32,000 bases of DNA from Candidatus Omnitrophota bacterium (lineage in GTDB: Bacteria; Omnitrophota; Gorgyraeia; 2-01-FULL-45-10): assembly GCA_023818895.1 (NCBI GenBank), contig JAMWCX010000001.1:479789-511788 (forward strand), in the 5' to 3' direction. Made by a program: the position numbers and the translations under genes. The notes beneath the pieces were generated by a model. That model did no database searches, had not been told where the DNA came from, and saw only the letters and a program-made list of their open reading frames with translations. Every line of letters starts with the position of its first letter. The first letter of the stretch is position 1. Below, piece after piece: positions 17,117-25,559 of the stretch.

Positions 17117-18256
17117 CTAATTTCCCCCACACATCTCAAGCGCTAGCTTCGCTATATCGTAACACGCTCGCGGCCTTGCTATTTTTTTGATATCCTCACG
17201 CATCTTCTTCAGCTTATCGGGATGTGTCGCCAAGTCTTCAAGAACTTTCCTCAACTGGTCCAGCTTGTCTATTTTAATAGCGGCGCCTGAGGATGTGAGA
17301 AAATCGCTATTGCGTGTCTCCTGGCCGATTATAGGAAAGACGATGATAAGCGGCAAGCCGCTTGCCAGACTTTCGGTGCTCGTTATACCGCCTGACTTGG
17401 ATATAAGGACATCCGATATGGCCATGTACTCGTTTACGTTATTTATGAAACCAAGAACGGTCAGGTGGTTCTTAAGGCCGGCCTTAAGGCCCTCGACCCT
17501 CTTTATCAAGTCTTTATTGTGTCCGCAAATCGCGATTATTTGAACCGGCTTAGATATACTGTCTATTACCTTCACTATGCTTTCGATCGGACCTAAGCCG
17601 AATCCGCCGCCTATGTTCATCACGGTAAATACACCTTCCCTTAGCCCGAGCTTTGCCAGAATTGTGCTTTTATCGACCGATTTTGAAAACACTGGCTCGA
17701 CTGGTATGCCGAGAACCTTTATGCGGTCCGGATCCTGCTTCCAACGCAGCAAGTCCTCTTTAGCGGCCTCTCCGGCGACCACATACATGTCTGTTCTCGG
17801 AGCGACCCACCATGAATGCAGTCTGTAATCAGTAACTACCGTTATAAGGCGGCTCTGGATCTCTCCCTTCTCCTTCATGCGCGATATGATCTCGCTCGCG
17901 AAAAAATGGGTCGAGACTATAACATCGGGCCTTGTTTCAACAAGGTATCTGCGAAACCTCCCCGAATTCGCCCAGTTGTTCAGCCTCCGCAGTTTGGCGA
18001 CGAGTAGATGCACATAGTAATTGTCAGTTAGAAAATAGCCCAGCCCCCAGAAAGTCGGCAGTCTGTTCACCATAGTAAGATATATTTTTAGATAAGACCA
18101 CTTGAAAAACCTATTGGTATAGTCAAGCGAGTCTATTATGGTGATATGAGCATCCTTCGGAGCAATCTCGTCGAGCGCGGCTTTTATGGCAAGAGAGGCC
18201 TTCTTATGGCCTATCCCCGCCGTAGCGTATACTACCAATATCTTCTTATTGACCAT
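17117..18256 (-). CDS. MGDG-synthase / UgtP-like glycolipid glycosyltransferase (GT28 family)
   Basis: 379 aa. The N-terminus is KILVVYATAGIGHKKASLAIKAAL, followed by a MGDG_synth-like region and a C-terminal GT28 half (KSGGITSTESLASGLPLII). Confidence 0.8.
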   Translation of the reverse strand: MVNKKILVVYATAGIGHKKASLAIKAALDEIAPKDAHITIIDSLDYTNRFFKWSYLKIYLTMVNRLPTFWGLGYFLTDNYYVHLLVAKLRRLNNWANSGRFRRYLVETRPDVIVSTHFFASEIISRMKEKGEIQSRLITVVTDYRLHSWWVAPRTDMYVVAGEAAKEDLLRWKQDPDRIKVLGIPVEPVFSKSVDKSTILAKLGLREGVFTVMNIGGGFGLGPIESIVKVIDSISKPVQIIAICGHNKDLIKRVEGLKAGLKNHLTVLGFINNVNEYMAISDVLISKSGGITSTESLASGLPLIIVFPIIGQETRNSDFLTSSGAAIKIDKLDQLRKVLEDLATHPDKLKKMREDIKKIARPRACYDIAKLALEMCGGN

Positions 18257-18320
18257 ACTGCCTTCTTTCCCCGCGCTTTCTTACCAAAGTCACATATAAA
18301 AGAAAGCGTAGCGCCTGTTT

Positions 18321-18926
18321 TTATTTTCCCTTGCCCTCTTTTTTCCGTCTCACAGCTCTTTCAGCCTTGCGCTTGTCGCGCCCAAGCAGCCATTTAACCG
18401 ATTCCAAAAGATCCCTAAACACATAATCCGGTTTCAAACCCTTTTTGCGCACCTCCTGGAGAGTCGCCTTACCGGACAGCACAAATATAGTACGCATGCC
18501 AAGCCGCTTACCCGCCTCTACATCAACGAAACTATCACCGATGAAATATGTCTGGCGCGGATCTATTGAATATTTCTCGATGGCCCTCTCAAGCATACCT
18601 GTCTTGGGTTTTCTGCAATCGCAGTTATCGTCGTCCTTGTGAACGCAATAAAATACCTCCTCTATTCTGGCGCCGGCGGCCCCTATCTTATCAAGCATCA
18701 TGCTGTTGATCTCGGCAAGCTTCTCTTTCGTAAAATACCCTTTTGCCACACCGCCTTGATTAGAAACTATTATTATCCTGTATCTGTTCTGGCAGAGAAG
18801 CTTTAGCGCTTCAAGTGAACCCGGCAGGAAATGGAAATCCTTGGTCTCTGTAACGTAATTGTATTTTGTCCATCCGCCAGGATCTTTGTTTATGACACCA
18901 TCTCTGTCCAGGAATATCGCTTTCAT
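18321..18926 (-). CDS. gmhB: D-glycero-D-manno-heptose 1,7-bisphosphate phosphatase GmhB (HAD-IIIA)
   Basis: It has the HAD motif I FLDRDGVIN, VSNQGGVAKGYF, the Zn-site/CRKP string YCVHKDDDNCDCRKPKTGM and GDSFVDVEAG. It carries an unusual Lys/Arg-rich 20-aa C-terminal tail (GRDKRKAERAVRRKKEGKGK). Its start forms an ATGA overlap with the upstream gene. Confidence 0.85.
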   Translation of the reverse strand: MKAIFLDRDGVINKDPGGWTKYNYVTETKDFHFLPGSLEALKLLCQNRYRIIIVSNQGGVAKGYFTKEKLAEINSMMLDKIGAAGARIEEVFYCVHKDDDNCDCRKPKTGMLERAIEKYSIDPRQTYFIGDSFVDVEAGKRLGMRTIFVLSGKATLQEVRKKGLKPDYVFRDLLESVKWLLGRDKRKAERAVRRKKEGKGK

Positions 18927-20341
18927 TGTCCGCCTTCTCCTTGGCGCCGTTTGGAATAAGAAGAAATCCTATCCTCTTTAAGCAGCATCGCCATAAGCAA
19001 CATAACGACTGGCAAAAAATGAATGAGAAACCTGCTCCATGTCTTTGACGCAAAAAATACGACGTCGACGTACGAGATCATGTAGAAAATAATGTAGCCG
19101 CCCACGGCAAGGACAACGGATGATGTGAGGTATTTCTGAGTCCGTGTAAATAGTTTTTTGTGATGAATCGCCAGCACTAGAAAGAACGCCGGCCACAATA
19201 TATTCCACTTCTTTGGTCCGAAGAGCTGCTTCTGCAACTCGTAGAATATCGGCATCAACTTGCCGGCCTGTTTTATGAGGTTGGCGGGGTTAATATTAGC
19301 TAGATTTATTTCGTCATTCGAAATGTGCCAAATACCTTTGGCCAGATTCCAGGGAAACAGCGCAATAAATATCACCGAGCCATAAAAAATAGGATAAAGC
19401 AGTCTTTTCAGAGAAAAATTCCGGCGATCCGATACAACGAATAAACATACCATTAAGGAATTAATCACACAATAAAGAAGCCCCTCATTTTTAGTCCAGC
19501 CCGCCATCGCGACCATAAACGCGGACATCACTAAAGACGCAACGTCAGAACTGTCCTCAAACCACCGGAGAAGAAAAAGCACGCTTGCGAAATAATAATA
19601 TGCCAGAGGAACTTCCAGATAAGCGTTGGTGGCATAAGCGTTAAACTGGGGCACGCTTGCCAAAAGAAAAGTGAACAAAAGAGCGTAGGTACGGTCTGAA
19701 AAGCGCCGCACAGTAAAATAGAACATTCCTAATATGCCGCAAAAAAATAAGGCGAATATGATTTTCACCAGCTGGTCGTTAAGATTTCCCATGCACATAT
19801 ACAGGAAAGTCTCGGCAAGCGGAATATTAAGAGGGTAGTCTGGATGCGGAAAGAGCCTGGCGAGGTAAGCAAAATACTCCTGGGGAATGGAATTGGCAAG
19901 ATAGAATATTTTGGATTTGATAGCGTATATCGCCACCGCATCGTACGCCTCTATGGGCCTCACTAGCGCCCTGAAGAAGGCATGAAATATTTCAAAAGAA
20001 ATCCCAGCTATAAGAAATATATCCAGCATGCCATAAGCCTTTACCGGGCCTGGTAGCGTTTCTATGACAGGCAGCTCCCTACCGCGGCTGATTCGTAAAA
20101 TATTTACCCCAAGCAAAATAAGCCACGCTAAAAGAAGCCCTGTAACATTAAAATCGAATTGTAGGAAATAAAAGAGCAGCATCTCTATGGTCAGCGCGGC
20201 GATACCGAGTCCGAAAGATATCGCGATAGCTTCCCAGAGAAAAAACTTTCTGGAATTTTCCGGAAATAAACAGAGTATATTAAAACCTATAAACGTCAGA
20301 GCCACTATAGAAATAATCAGATTAAATATCTGCATTGTCAT
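18923..20341 (-). CDS. Polytopic membrane protein, putative GT-C-fold (ArnT/PMT/GtrC-like) glycosyltransferase
   Basis: 472 aa, with roughly a dozen hydrophobic segments. It has a loop with an acidic residue after the early TMs (RPIEAYDAVAIYAIKSK) and a KNEG-containing loop. The context is a DPM1-like GT2 gene. The assignment rests on architecture and context, not on strong motifs. Confidence 0.5.
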   Translation of the reverse strand: MTMQIFNLIISIVALTFIGFNILCLFPENSRKFFLWEAIAISFGLGIAALTIEMLLFYFLQFDFNVTGLLLAWLILLGVNILRISRGRELPVIETLPGPVKAYGMLDIFLIAGISFEIFHAFFRALVRPIEAYDAVAIYAIKSKIFYLANSIPQEYFAYLARLFPHPDYPLNIPLAETFLYMCMGNLNDQLVKIIFALFFCGILGMFYFTVRRFSDRTYALLFTFLLASVPQFNAYATNAYLEVPLAYYYFASVLFLLRWFEDSSDVASLVMSAFMVAMAGWTKNEGLLYCVINSLMVCLFVVSDRRNFSLKRLLYPIFYGSVIFIALFPWNLAKGIWHISNDEINLANINPANLIKQAGKLMPIFYELQKQLFGPKKWNILWPAFFLVLAIHHKKLFTRTQKYLTSSVVLAVGGYIIFYMISYVDVVFFASKTWSRFLIHFLPVVMLLMAMLLKEDRISSYSKRRQGEGGQ

Positions 20342-20745
20342 TTAACAATCCTGAGCACATATCGCGAGTCATCCAGGCCGGCAAGGAAGGTGTAGCCGGC
20401 CTTTTTCACGCCAGGTTTATTATAAACGATAATTATATCAGGCCTAACATTGCTTTCAAGGCGCGGATAAAGATAATACGCGGCTCTTCTTTTATCAAGC
20501 GAGCCTTCCTCTATGCCGATTATAGAATATGTAACATCAGCCGGTGTCCTCTCATTGCAAAGTGTAAGCAACTCGTAAAGACTGTCGCCAGTCACATAGG
20601 AGCGCTTTTCTTCGAGAGACCTCGTCATAAGCATCTGATAATCATGAAGATTGCCCTTTATGAAAAGCTCCCGACCAGTAAAGCTCAACCACAGTATTAT
20701 CCATACCAGTAAAAGTATCTTAAGAACCCTGTGTCTTATCATCAT
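20338..20745 (-). CDS. Hypothetical single-pass membrane-anchored protein (135 aa)
   Basis: It has an N-terminal TM segment (VLKILLLVWIILWLSF) followed by a ~105-aa mixed alpha/beta-looking domain containing AAYYLYPR. Its stop overlaps the GT-C-like start (ATGA), which suggests coupled translation. Confidence 0.6.
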   Translation of the reverse strand: MMIRHRVLKILLLVWIILWLSFTGRELFIKGNLHDYQMLMTRSLEEKRSYVTGDSLYELLTLCNERTPADVTYSIIGIEEGSLDKRRAAYYLYPRLESNVRPDIIIVYNKPGVKKAGYTFLAGLDDSRYVLRIVK

Positions 20746-20806
20746 ATTTGGCGTCTTCTACCCAATACATTATTCTGACGACTTATTGCGACAAGAATAT
20801 GGTTTT

Positions 20807-22189
20807 TCAGTTAGCTACAACCCACCTAAAGAACCTTCTGGCAAGAAAGAAAAAATGCCTCGGCGATTTTATTGACATAAGTTGATAAAAAATTATATGC
20901 GGCCTGAGATAAAAAGCGGCGAAAGCAAGTCGGTGTATGTTTTTAAGCCGTTTTCTCGTAAGAGCCTTTGGCACATATGCGGCGTTGGTAAAATAAAACC
21001 TTTCCCAATCGACGTCATCCAACTCGCCGCCTGCGCGTAGGGCTTCGTAACTTTCAGTCCCCGGAAACGGAAGATACGTAAAATAATTTGCTCTTTTAAG
21101 AGGCAATTTTAAGGAAAAATCGATCGTCTGGCGCATTGTTTCCTCGGTCTCGCCGGGGAAACCCAGTATAAAAAAACCTGCCATATCGATGCCCGCCTTA
21201 GCGATCCTGTTAACATACTCGCTGATGCGCGCCGTTGTAATACCCTTCTTCATCGATGAAAGAACCTTGTCAGAGCCAGATTCTATACCAAGCGAAATCA
21301 TATAAAGACCTGTGTCCTTCATTAACTTTAACATCTCGTCATCAAGTGTGTCCATCCTTACCCCATTGGGCACAGCCCAACTCATACCGAGGCTAAGGGA
21401 TTTGAGTTTACGCAGGAACTCCTTAACATAAGCGGCGTCCATAGTGAAGTTATCATCCACTATATGAAACTCCTTTATGCCGAAATCATTCTTAAGCATC
21501 TGCAGCTCTGAAAGGACGTTTTCTACGGACCTACGGCGTATCTTCTTGCCGGAAACAAGGCTGCCGGCGCAGAAGGTGCAAGGATATGGACATCCTCTCG
21601 TCACCATAATAGGCGCTATCGGAAACTGTCTGAAGAAAGCTCCATGCTGCGCCTCAGGATAAGTTTGGGGCTGAATAAGATCCCATGCCGGAGAACCCAG
21701 TCTGTCAAGGTCTGCCGTAACTATGCTGGCGTTAACTCTTACCGCCGCGCCTTCACGATACGCCAGGCCAGGGATAGATGAGAAATCCCCGCTTCCTTTT
21801 TCCAAAGCATCAAGAAATAGCGGAAATCCTTCTTCAGCCTCGCCCGCAAACAAAAAATCTAAATTTTCTTCCTTCTTAAGCGTCTCTTCCGGCAGGGCCG
21901 TGGGATGGGGCCCCCCAGCCACTGTAACCACATCTTTCCTGAAGGACTTGGCAGCATCAAGGGCCCTTCGTAAAAACGGCAGGTCAAAAGTATAACACTG
22001 AAATCCCACAACATCAGGATCGAATCTCTTGAGCGCGCCTGGAAGTTTGTCAATGCTCACCCCTTCCTTAATGCAATCAAGAATACTGACCTTATGATGA
22101 CTTCTGATAGCGGCGGCCAAATAGCCAAGCCCTAAAGAAGGTTGTATATGGTCGCTTCTGTTGTAAGGTTTTACAAGCAGCACTTTCAT
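20807..22189 (-). CDS. B12-binding-domain radical SAM protein (class B type)
   Basis: 460 aa. The N-terminal cobalamin-binding-like Rossmann segment reads KVLLVKPY...LGLGYLAAAI...DVVGFQCYT...VVTVAGGPHPTALPEE. It is followed by the CX3CX2C cluster motif VTRGCPYPCTFCAGS and a radical-SAM barrel (GIESGSDKVL). Confidence 0.9.
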   Translation of the reverse strand: MKVLLVKPYNRSDHIQPSLGLGYLAAAIRSHHKVSILDCIKEGVSIDKLPGALKRFDPDVVGFQCYTFDLPFLRRALDAAKSFRKDVVTVAGGPHPTALPEETLKKEENLDFLFAGEAEEGFPLFLDALEKGSGDFSSIPGLAYREGAAVRVNASIVTADLDRLGSPAWDLIQPQTYPEAQHGAFFRQFPIAPIMVTRGCPYPCTFCAGSLVSGKKIRRRSVENVLSELQMLKNDFGIKEFHIVDDNFTMDAAYVKEFLRKLKSLSLGMSWAVPNGVRMDTLDDEMLKLMKDTGLYMISLGIESGSDKVLSSMKKGITTARISEYVNRIAKAGIDMAGFFILGFPGETEETMRQTIDFSLKLPLKRANYFTYLPFPGTESYEALRAGGELDDVDWERFYFTNAAYVPKALTRKRLKNIHRLAFAAFYLRPHIIFYQLMSIKSPRHFFFLARRFFRWVVAN

Positions 22190-22193
22190 TTAG

Positions 22194-22892
22194 TTAGTCT
22201 ATAAATCTGTATAGAAGGATCGCTCCGATAGCGCTGAAACCATGCTTCCAGGATATCTTTTTTCCTTCGGCGTAGGTTCTGCCGTAATACGCTATCGGCA
22301 TCTCATATACCCTTAAGGCTTTATTCTTCAATATCTTGGCGGTAAGCTCAGGTTCTACCGAAAATCCGTTAGAGCGAATTCTGATATTCGCGATTGCGCT
22401 TTTCCTGAACATCTTGTAACAGGTCTCAATATCAGATAGGGTGGAATTAAAAAGAAGATTCATGAGGAATGTTATCACGCCGTTACCAACCTTATGCCAA
22501 AACATGTACACACGCTGCGGCTTGCCGCCCGAAAGCCTTGAACCGTACACCACGTCGGCGAATCCTTCCTCTATGGGTCTGGCCATCTCCACGAATTCAT
22601 TCGGGTCATACTCAAGGTCCGCGTCCTGCACAACGATGATATCGCCCGTCGCCCTGGCGAATCCGGTTCGCAATGCCGCCCCTTTGCCCATGTTCCTTTC
22701 GTGAAAAATAACCTCCACGCGGCTGTCGAGATGAGTATTCTTAAGAAGCTCGGCCGTGCCGTCTTTGGAGCCGTCATCGACTACGATAAGCTCCTTTACT
22801 ATCGGAAGAGAAAGCACTTTTTCTATTATCTTAAGCACGGTGGCTTGCTCGTTATACACCGGCATCACCACAGATAAAATCTTTTCTCTCAT
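22194..22892 (-). CDS. GT2 glycosyltransferase of the DPM1 / ArnC / GtrB (polyprenyl-phosphate sugar synthase) type
   Basis: It reads LSVVMPVYNEQATV...LIVVDDGSKDGT...NMGKGAALRTGFARATGDIIVVQDADLEYDP. I prefer ATG 22892 (AAGGA 9 nt upstream) over the track TTG at 22898. Only 4 nt separate it from the radical SAM gene. Confidence 0.85.
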   Translation of the reverse strand: MREKILSVVMPVYNEQATVLKIIEKVLSLPIVKELIVVDDGSKDGTAELLKNTHLDSRVEVIFHERNMGKGAALRTGFARATGDIIVVQDADLEYDPNEFVEMARPIEEGFADVVYGSRLSGGKPQRVYMFWHKVGNGVITFLMNLLFNSTLSDIETCYKMFRKSAIANIRIRSNGFSVEPELTAKILKNKALRVYEMPIAYYGRTYAEGKKISWKHGFSAIGAILLYRFID

Positions 22893-22904
22893 TTTCAAAG
22901 TCCT

Positions 22905-23981
22905 TTATTTTGGCTTCCTGGAAAGTCGTCTAAGCATATTAAGAACGCTATCCTTTTCAGGGTTTATCGCAACTTTAGCGCCATGCAGAAATGACAATGC
23001 TTTAAGAAAATTTCCAATTAAAGGATTGTCTGTGAGCACCACTTCGATGGCCTTTTTTCTCCTGCGCTTCAATAACTGCAGGAATGAGCCAAGAGCAAAA
23101 GGGGCACAAGCGACCTCTTGCTTTCTTACGTCAAAGTGATCAATCGTGATCGGCCATTCAACACCCTTTTTGGTTAATATGAGCATCTGATGGCCATCCC
23201 TCGCTACGGCAGCCGCTATCTTGTCTACCTTCGCTCCGAATGATAAGTCCTCTGCGAGGTATGCGGCCCGAACGCGCCTTCCCCATTTTCTAAAATATAT
23301 ACTCTCATTGGCCTTGAATAGAGACTCGCGCCTATCCAGCTCTTTGAAGCTAATGCCTTCTTTATGGTACACATAGGAAGCTTTTGCGCGCACGATGGTG
23401 AAACCTGCTTCTTGAGCTCTCTTAGAAAAATCCGTCTCCTCAAAGTATCCTATGTTATAGTCTTCGTCAAACAAACCAACCTTCTCCAGGACAGCCCGTT
23501 TCATGAGCATGCAGAAACCGCGAGCCACATTAAGCTCTTGAACCTGACCTTTAAGACTTTTAAGGCTTAGGGCAAAACTTTCGATAACTAGCCCTTTCGG
23601 TGGAAACTGCCCCGATGTGTTACTTGATGGATTCACTATACCTATATCTTCTTTTGAGTCAAGGACGGAAAGCATCTCCTCCAACCATCCTGATGTGGCA
23701 ATCGTATCATTATTCATCAAACATATATAAGGGCTGTCCGATGCTGCCAAGCCCTGATTGGCCGCCTTTACAAAACCGAGGTTGGCGGAATTACGCAATA
23801 CTTTTATATCAAGATGAGGCACACTAGCAAGAGCATCGAGAAATGAGGATGTCTTAAGATCGCTTCCGTTATCAATAATTACAAATCTGAAAGGCGTATT
23901 GGTGTTTTTGAGTATCGAGTCGATACACTCTTTCGTGGCTTCAAGCTGATTCCAGACAGGTATAATTATGTCGCACTTCAT
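22905..23981 (-). CDS. Two-domain glycosyltransferase, paralog A: GT2 (GT-A) domain plus shared ~120-aa C-terminal module
   Basis: 358 aa. It reads MKCDIIIPVWNQ, FVIIDNGSD, NLGFVKAANQGL, LMNNDTIATSGWLEEM, DIGIVNPSSN, GFCMLMKR, FEETDFS and YVYH. The C-terminal module runs from WGRRVRAAYLAED to the end. Its start forms an ATGA overlap with the upstream gene. Confidence 0.85.
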   Translation of the reverse strand: MKCDIIIPVWNQLEATKECIDSILKNTNTPFRFVIIDNGSDLKTSSFLDALASVPHLDIKVLRNSANLGFVKAANQGLAASDSPYICLMNNDTIATSGWLEEMLSVLDSKEDIGIVNPSSNTSGQFPPKGLVIESFALSLKSLKGQVQELNVARGFCMLMKRAVLEKVGLFDEDYNIGYFEETDFSKRAQEAGFTIVRAKASYVYHKEGISFKELDRRESLFKANESIYFRKWGRRVRAAYLAEDLSFGAKVDKIAAAVARDGHQMLILTKKGVEWPITIDHFDVRKQEVACAPFALGSFLQLLKRRRKKAIEVVLTDNPLIGNFLKALSFLHGAKVAINPEKDSVLNMLRRLSRKPK

Positions 23982-24751
23982 TTTTCAACCTTATCTTTTA
24001 CCAGCTCCCAATACTTTGCCCATTTGAGGAAATTTATAAACGCGAAGAGGATAGCAAACACGAGGCCGTAGAGGCCGTCTTTATACCCTTGTTTTTTCAC
24101 ATAAGATTTCCAAAAGATCTTTAACGATTTACCTATGAGGCCTTTCTTGATCGCCTTTGTGGCTAGCACTCCTTCTTTCTCGAGAAGCTTTTGGGCCGCT
24201 ATGGTCGAGTATCGGTTCTGCCTCGAAACAAACTGTTCAATCGTATCAAAAGGATGATGGTCTATATCCGCGTCGATCTTCCCCACGTTGCCTTTATAGA
24301 TGGGAGTTTCATGGACCGCCCCTTCGTATCTTGCGTATCTGCGGTTCACAAGGTTCGGTATATAATGATGAAATCCTCCGAAATCCATGGAATGGCCAAG
24401 AAAGAAATTACGCCTCCTGAATTTGTAGACAACGACACCGTCATTCCTTGCTATGACCTCCGCAAGCTTCATCCTAAAATCATCCGTTACCACATCGTCG
24501 GCGTCTATATGAAGCACCCAGTCGTATTTCGCGTTATCGTTGGCTGCGTTCCGATCATCGGCAAAAGATCCCGTGAACCTATGCTGGATGACGCGAGCGC
24601 CCATCGATTTCGCGATTTCGACAGTCCTATCGGTCGAAAAACCGTCAACTACCACAATGTCATCGGCCCATTTCACACTCTCAAGGCAGCGCGAAATATT
24701 CTTCTCCTCGTTTTTTGCGATCACCGCAACTGTAACATTTATCTTTTGCAT
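23978..24751 (-). CDS. GT2 glycosyltransferase, WaaE/KdtX-like (LPS-core type), paralog 1
   Basis: I prefer ATG 24751 (MQKINVTVAVIAKNEEKNISRCLESVKWADDIVVVDGFSTDRTVEIAK), giving 257 aa. The track start 24847 would overlap the upstream paralog by 109 nt. It also carries the DADD motif (HIDADDVV). Confidence 0.85.
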   Translation of the reverse strand: MQKINVTVAVIAKNEEKNISRCLESVKWADDIVVVDGFSTDRTVEIAKSMGARVIQHRFTGSFADDRNAANDNAKYDWVLHIDADDVVTDDFRMKLAEVIARNDGVVVYKFRRRNFFLGHSMDFGGFHHYIPNLVNRRYARYEGAVHETPIYKGNVGKIDADIDHHPFDTIEQFVSRQNRYSTIAAQKLLEKEGVLATKAIKKGLIGKSLKIFWKSYVKKQGYKDGLYGLVFAILFAFINFLKWAKYWELVKDKVEK

Positions 24752-25536
24752 AAACCTTTCGTCTTTAATTTCGAATTTTCGGATTCGCGACTCAGCATCT
24801 CTTTGTATTTTATGTAACTCATGAACTGGTAAAGGGCTCCAGCCCAAGAGACCGTAAATCCAAGAAGGCCATCCTTGTAGCCGCCTTTCTGAATATATGC
24901 CTTAATAAATCTTGAGAGGGCCTTTCGGTACATCTTGATAAAATTAATCTTGCGCCTCTCCTTAAACCACTTCTCCGCCTCAAGGGTCGTCTGGTTGTTA
25001 AGGCTCGTAAAAAAATCGTGGAAGTTCCTGTATGAGTAATGGATAATGTCCTTCTTCAGGTGGCCGCAAGAACCGTCTATAAATACCCTCGGATGCACCA
25101 CTGCCTCTTCGTACCTGAAAAACCTTTTGTCGAAAAGTCTCACCTTAGGAGCCGGATACCATCCGCCCCAGCGAATCCATTTATCTCCTATATATGTCTT
25201 TATGGGTATAGTATAGGCCTTGTCCTTGGGGCCCGCTTTGATTAAAGATGAGATCTCGTCGGCAAGCTCACGACTAATTCGCTCATCAGCATCGAGACTA
25301 AGAACCCAATCGTTTTTCGCGAGGCTATAAGCGTAATTACGGTGCCTGCCCTCTATATCCATCTTCCTGGTGAACACCTTGTCGGTATACTTTTTAGCGA
25401 TATTAACGGTGTTATCCGAACTGGAATCGTCCAGCACCACTGTCTCGTCCGCCCAAGAGGCGCTTTTGAGGCAATCCGCGATATTGTCTTCCTCATTTTT
25501 TGTGATCACTACCACGCTTACTGGAACCTTATCCAT
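24739..25536 (-). CDS. GT2 glycosyltransferase, WaaE/KdtX-like (LPS-core type), paralog 2
   Basis: 265 aa. It reads MDKVPVSVVVITKNEEDNIADCLKSASWADETVVLDDSSSDNTVNIAK and SLDADERI. The C-terminal amphipathic region (YKDGLLGFTV) parallels YKDGLYGLVF of paralog 1. Confidence 0.85.
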   Translation of the reverse strand: MDKVPVSVVVITKNEEDNIADCLKSASWADETVVLDDSSSDNTVNIAKKYTDKVFTRKMDIEGRHRNYAYSLAKNDWVLSLDADERISRELADEISSLIKAGPKDKAYTIPIKTYIGDKWIRWGGWYPAPKVRLFDKRFFRYEEAVVHPRVFIDGSCGHLKKDIIHYSYRNFHDFFTSLNNQTTLEAEKWFKERRKINFIKMYRKALSRFIKAYIQKGGYKDGLLGFTVSWAGALYQFMSYIKYKEMLSRESENSKLKTKGLCKR

Positions 25537-25559
25537 GATAACCTATCCCTTTCGAGTGA

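Noticed and set aside
20338-22189. B12-radical SAM enzyme as a RiPP maturase with the downstream 135-aa ORF as precursor, or as a hopanoid HpnJ-like enzyme
   Set aside because: There is no short leader/core-type peptide gene, protease or exporter nearby. The 135-aa neighbour is a membrane-anchored globular protein coupled to the GT-C-like gene. No squalene-hopene cyclase or other hpn genes are in the window. The glycan context fits better, though the rSAM substrate remains unknown.
24191-24817. Plus-strand ORFs of 175-208 aa at 24191-24817, and similar ones at 14515-15123, 2763-3335, 28912-29439 and 5605-6087
   Set aside because: All are antisense to confidently identified minus-strand genes (GT2, priA, lptB, GT9, gap). 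Their compositions are typical of reverse-frame translation, and none has independent support.
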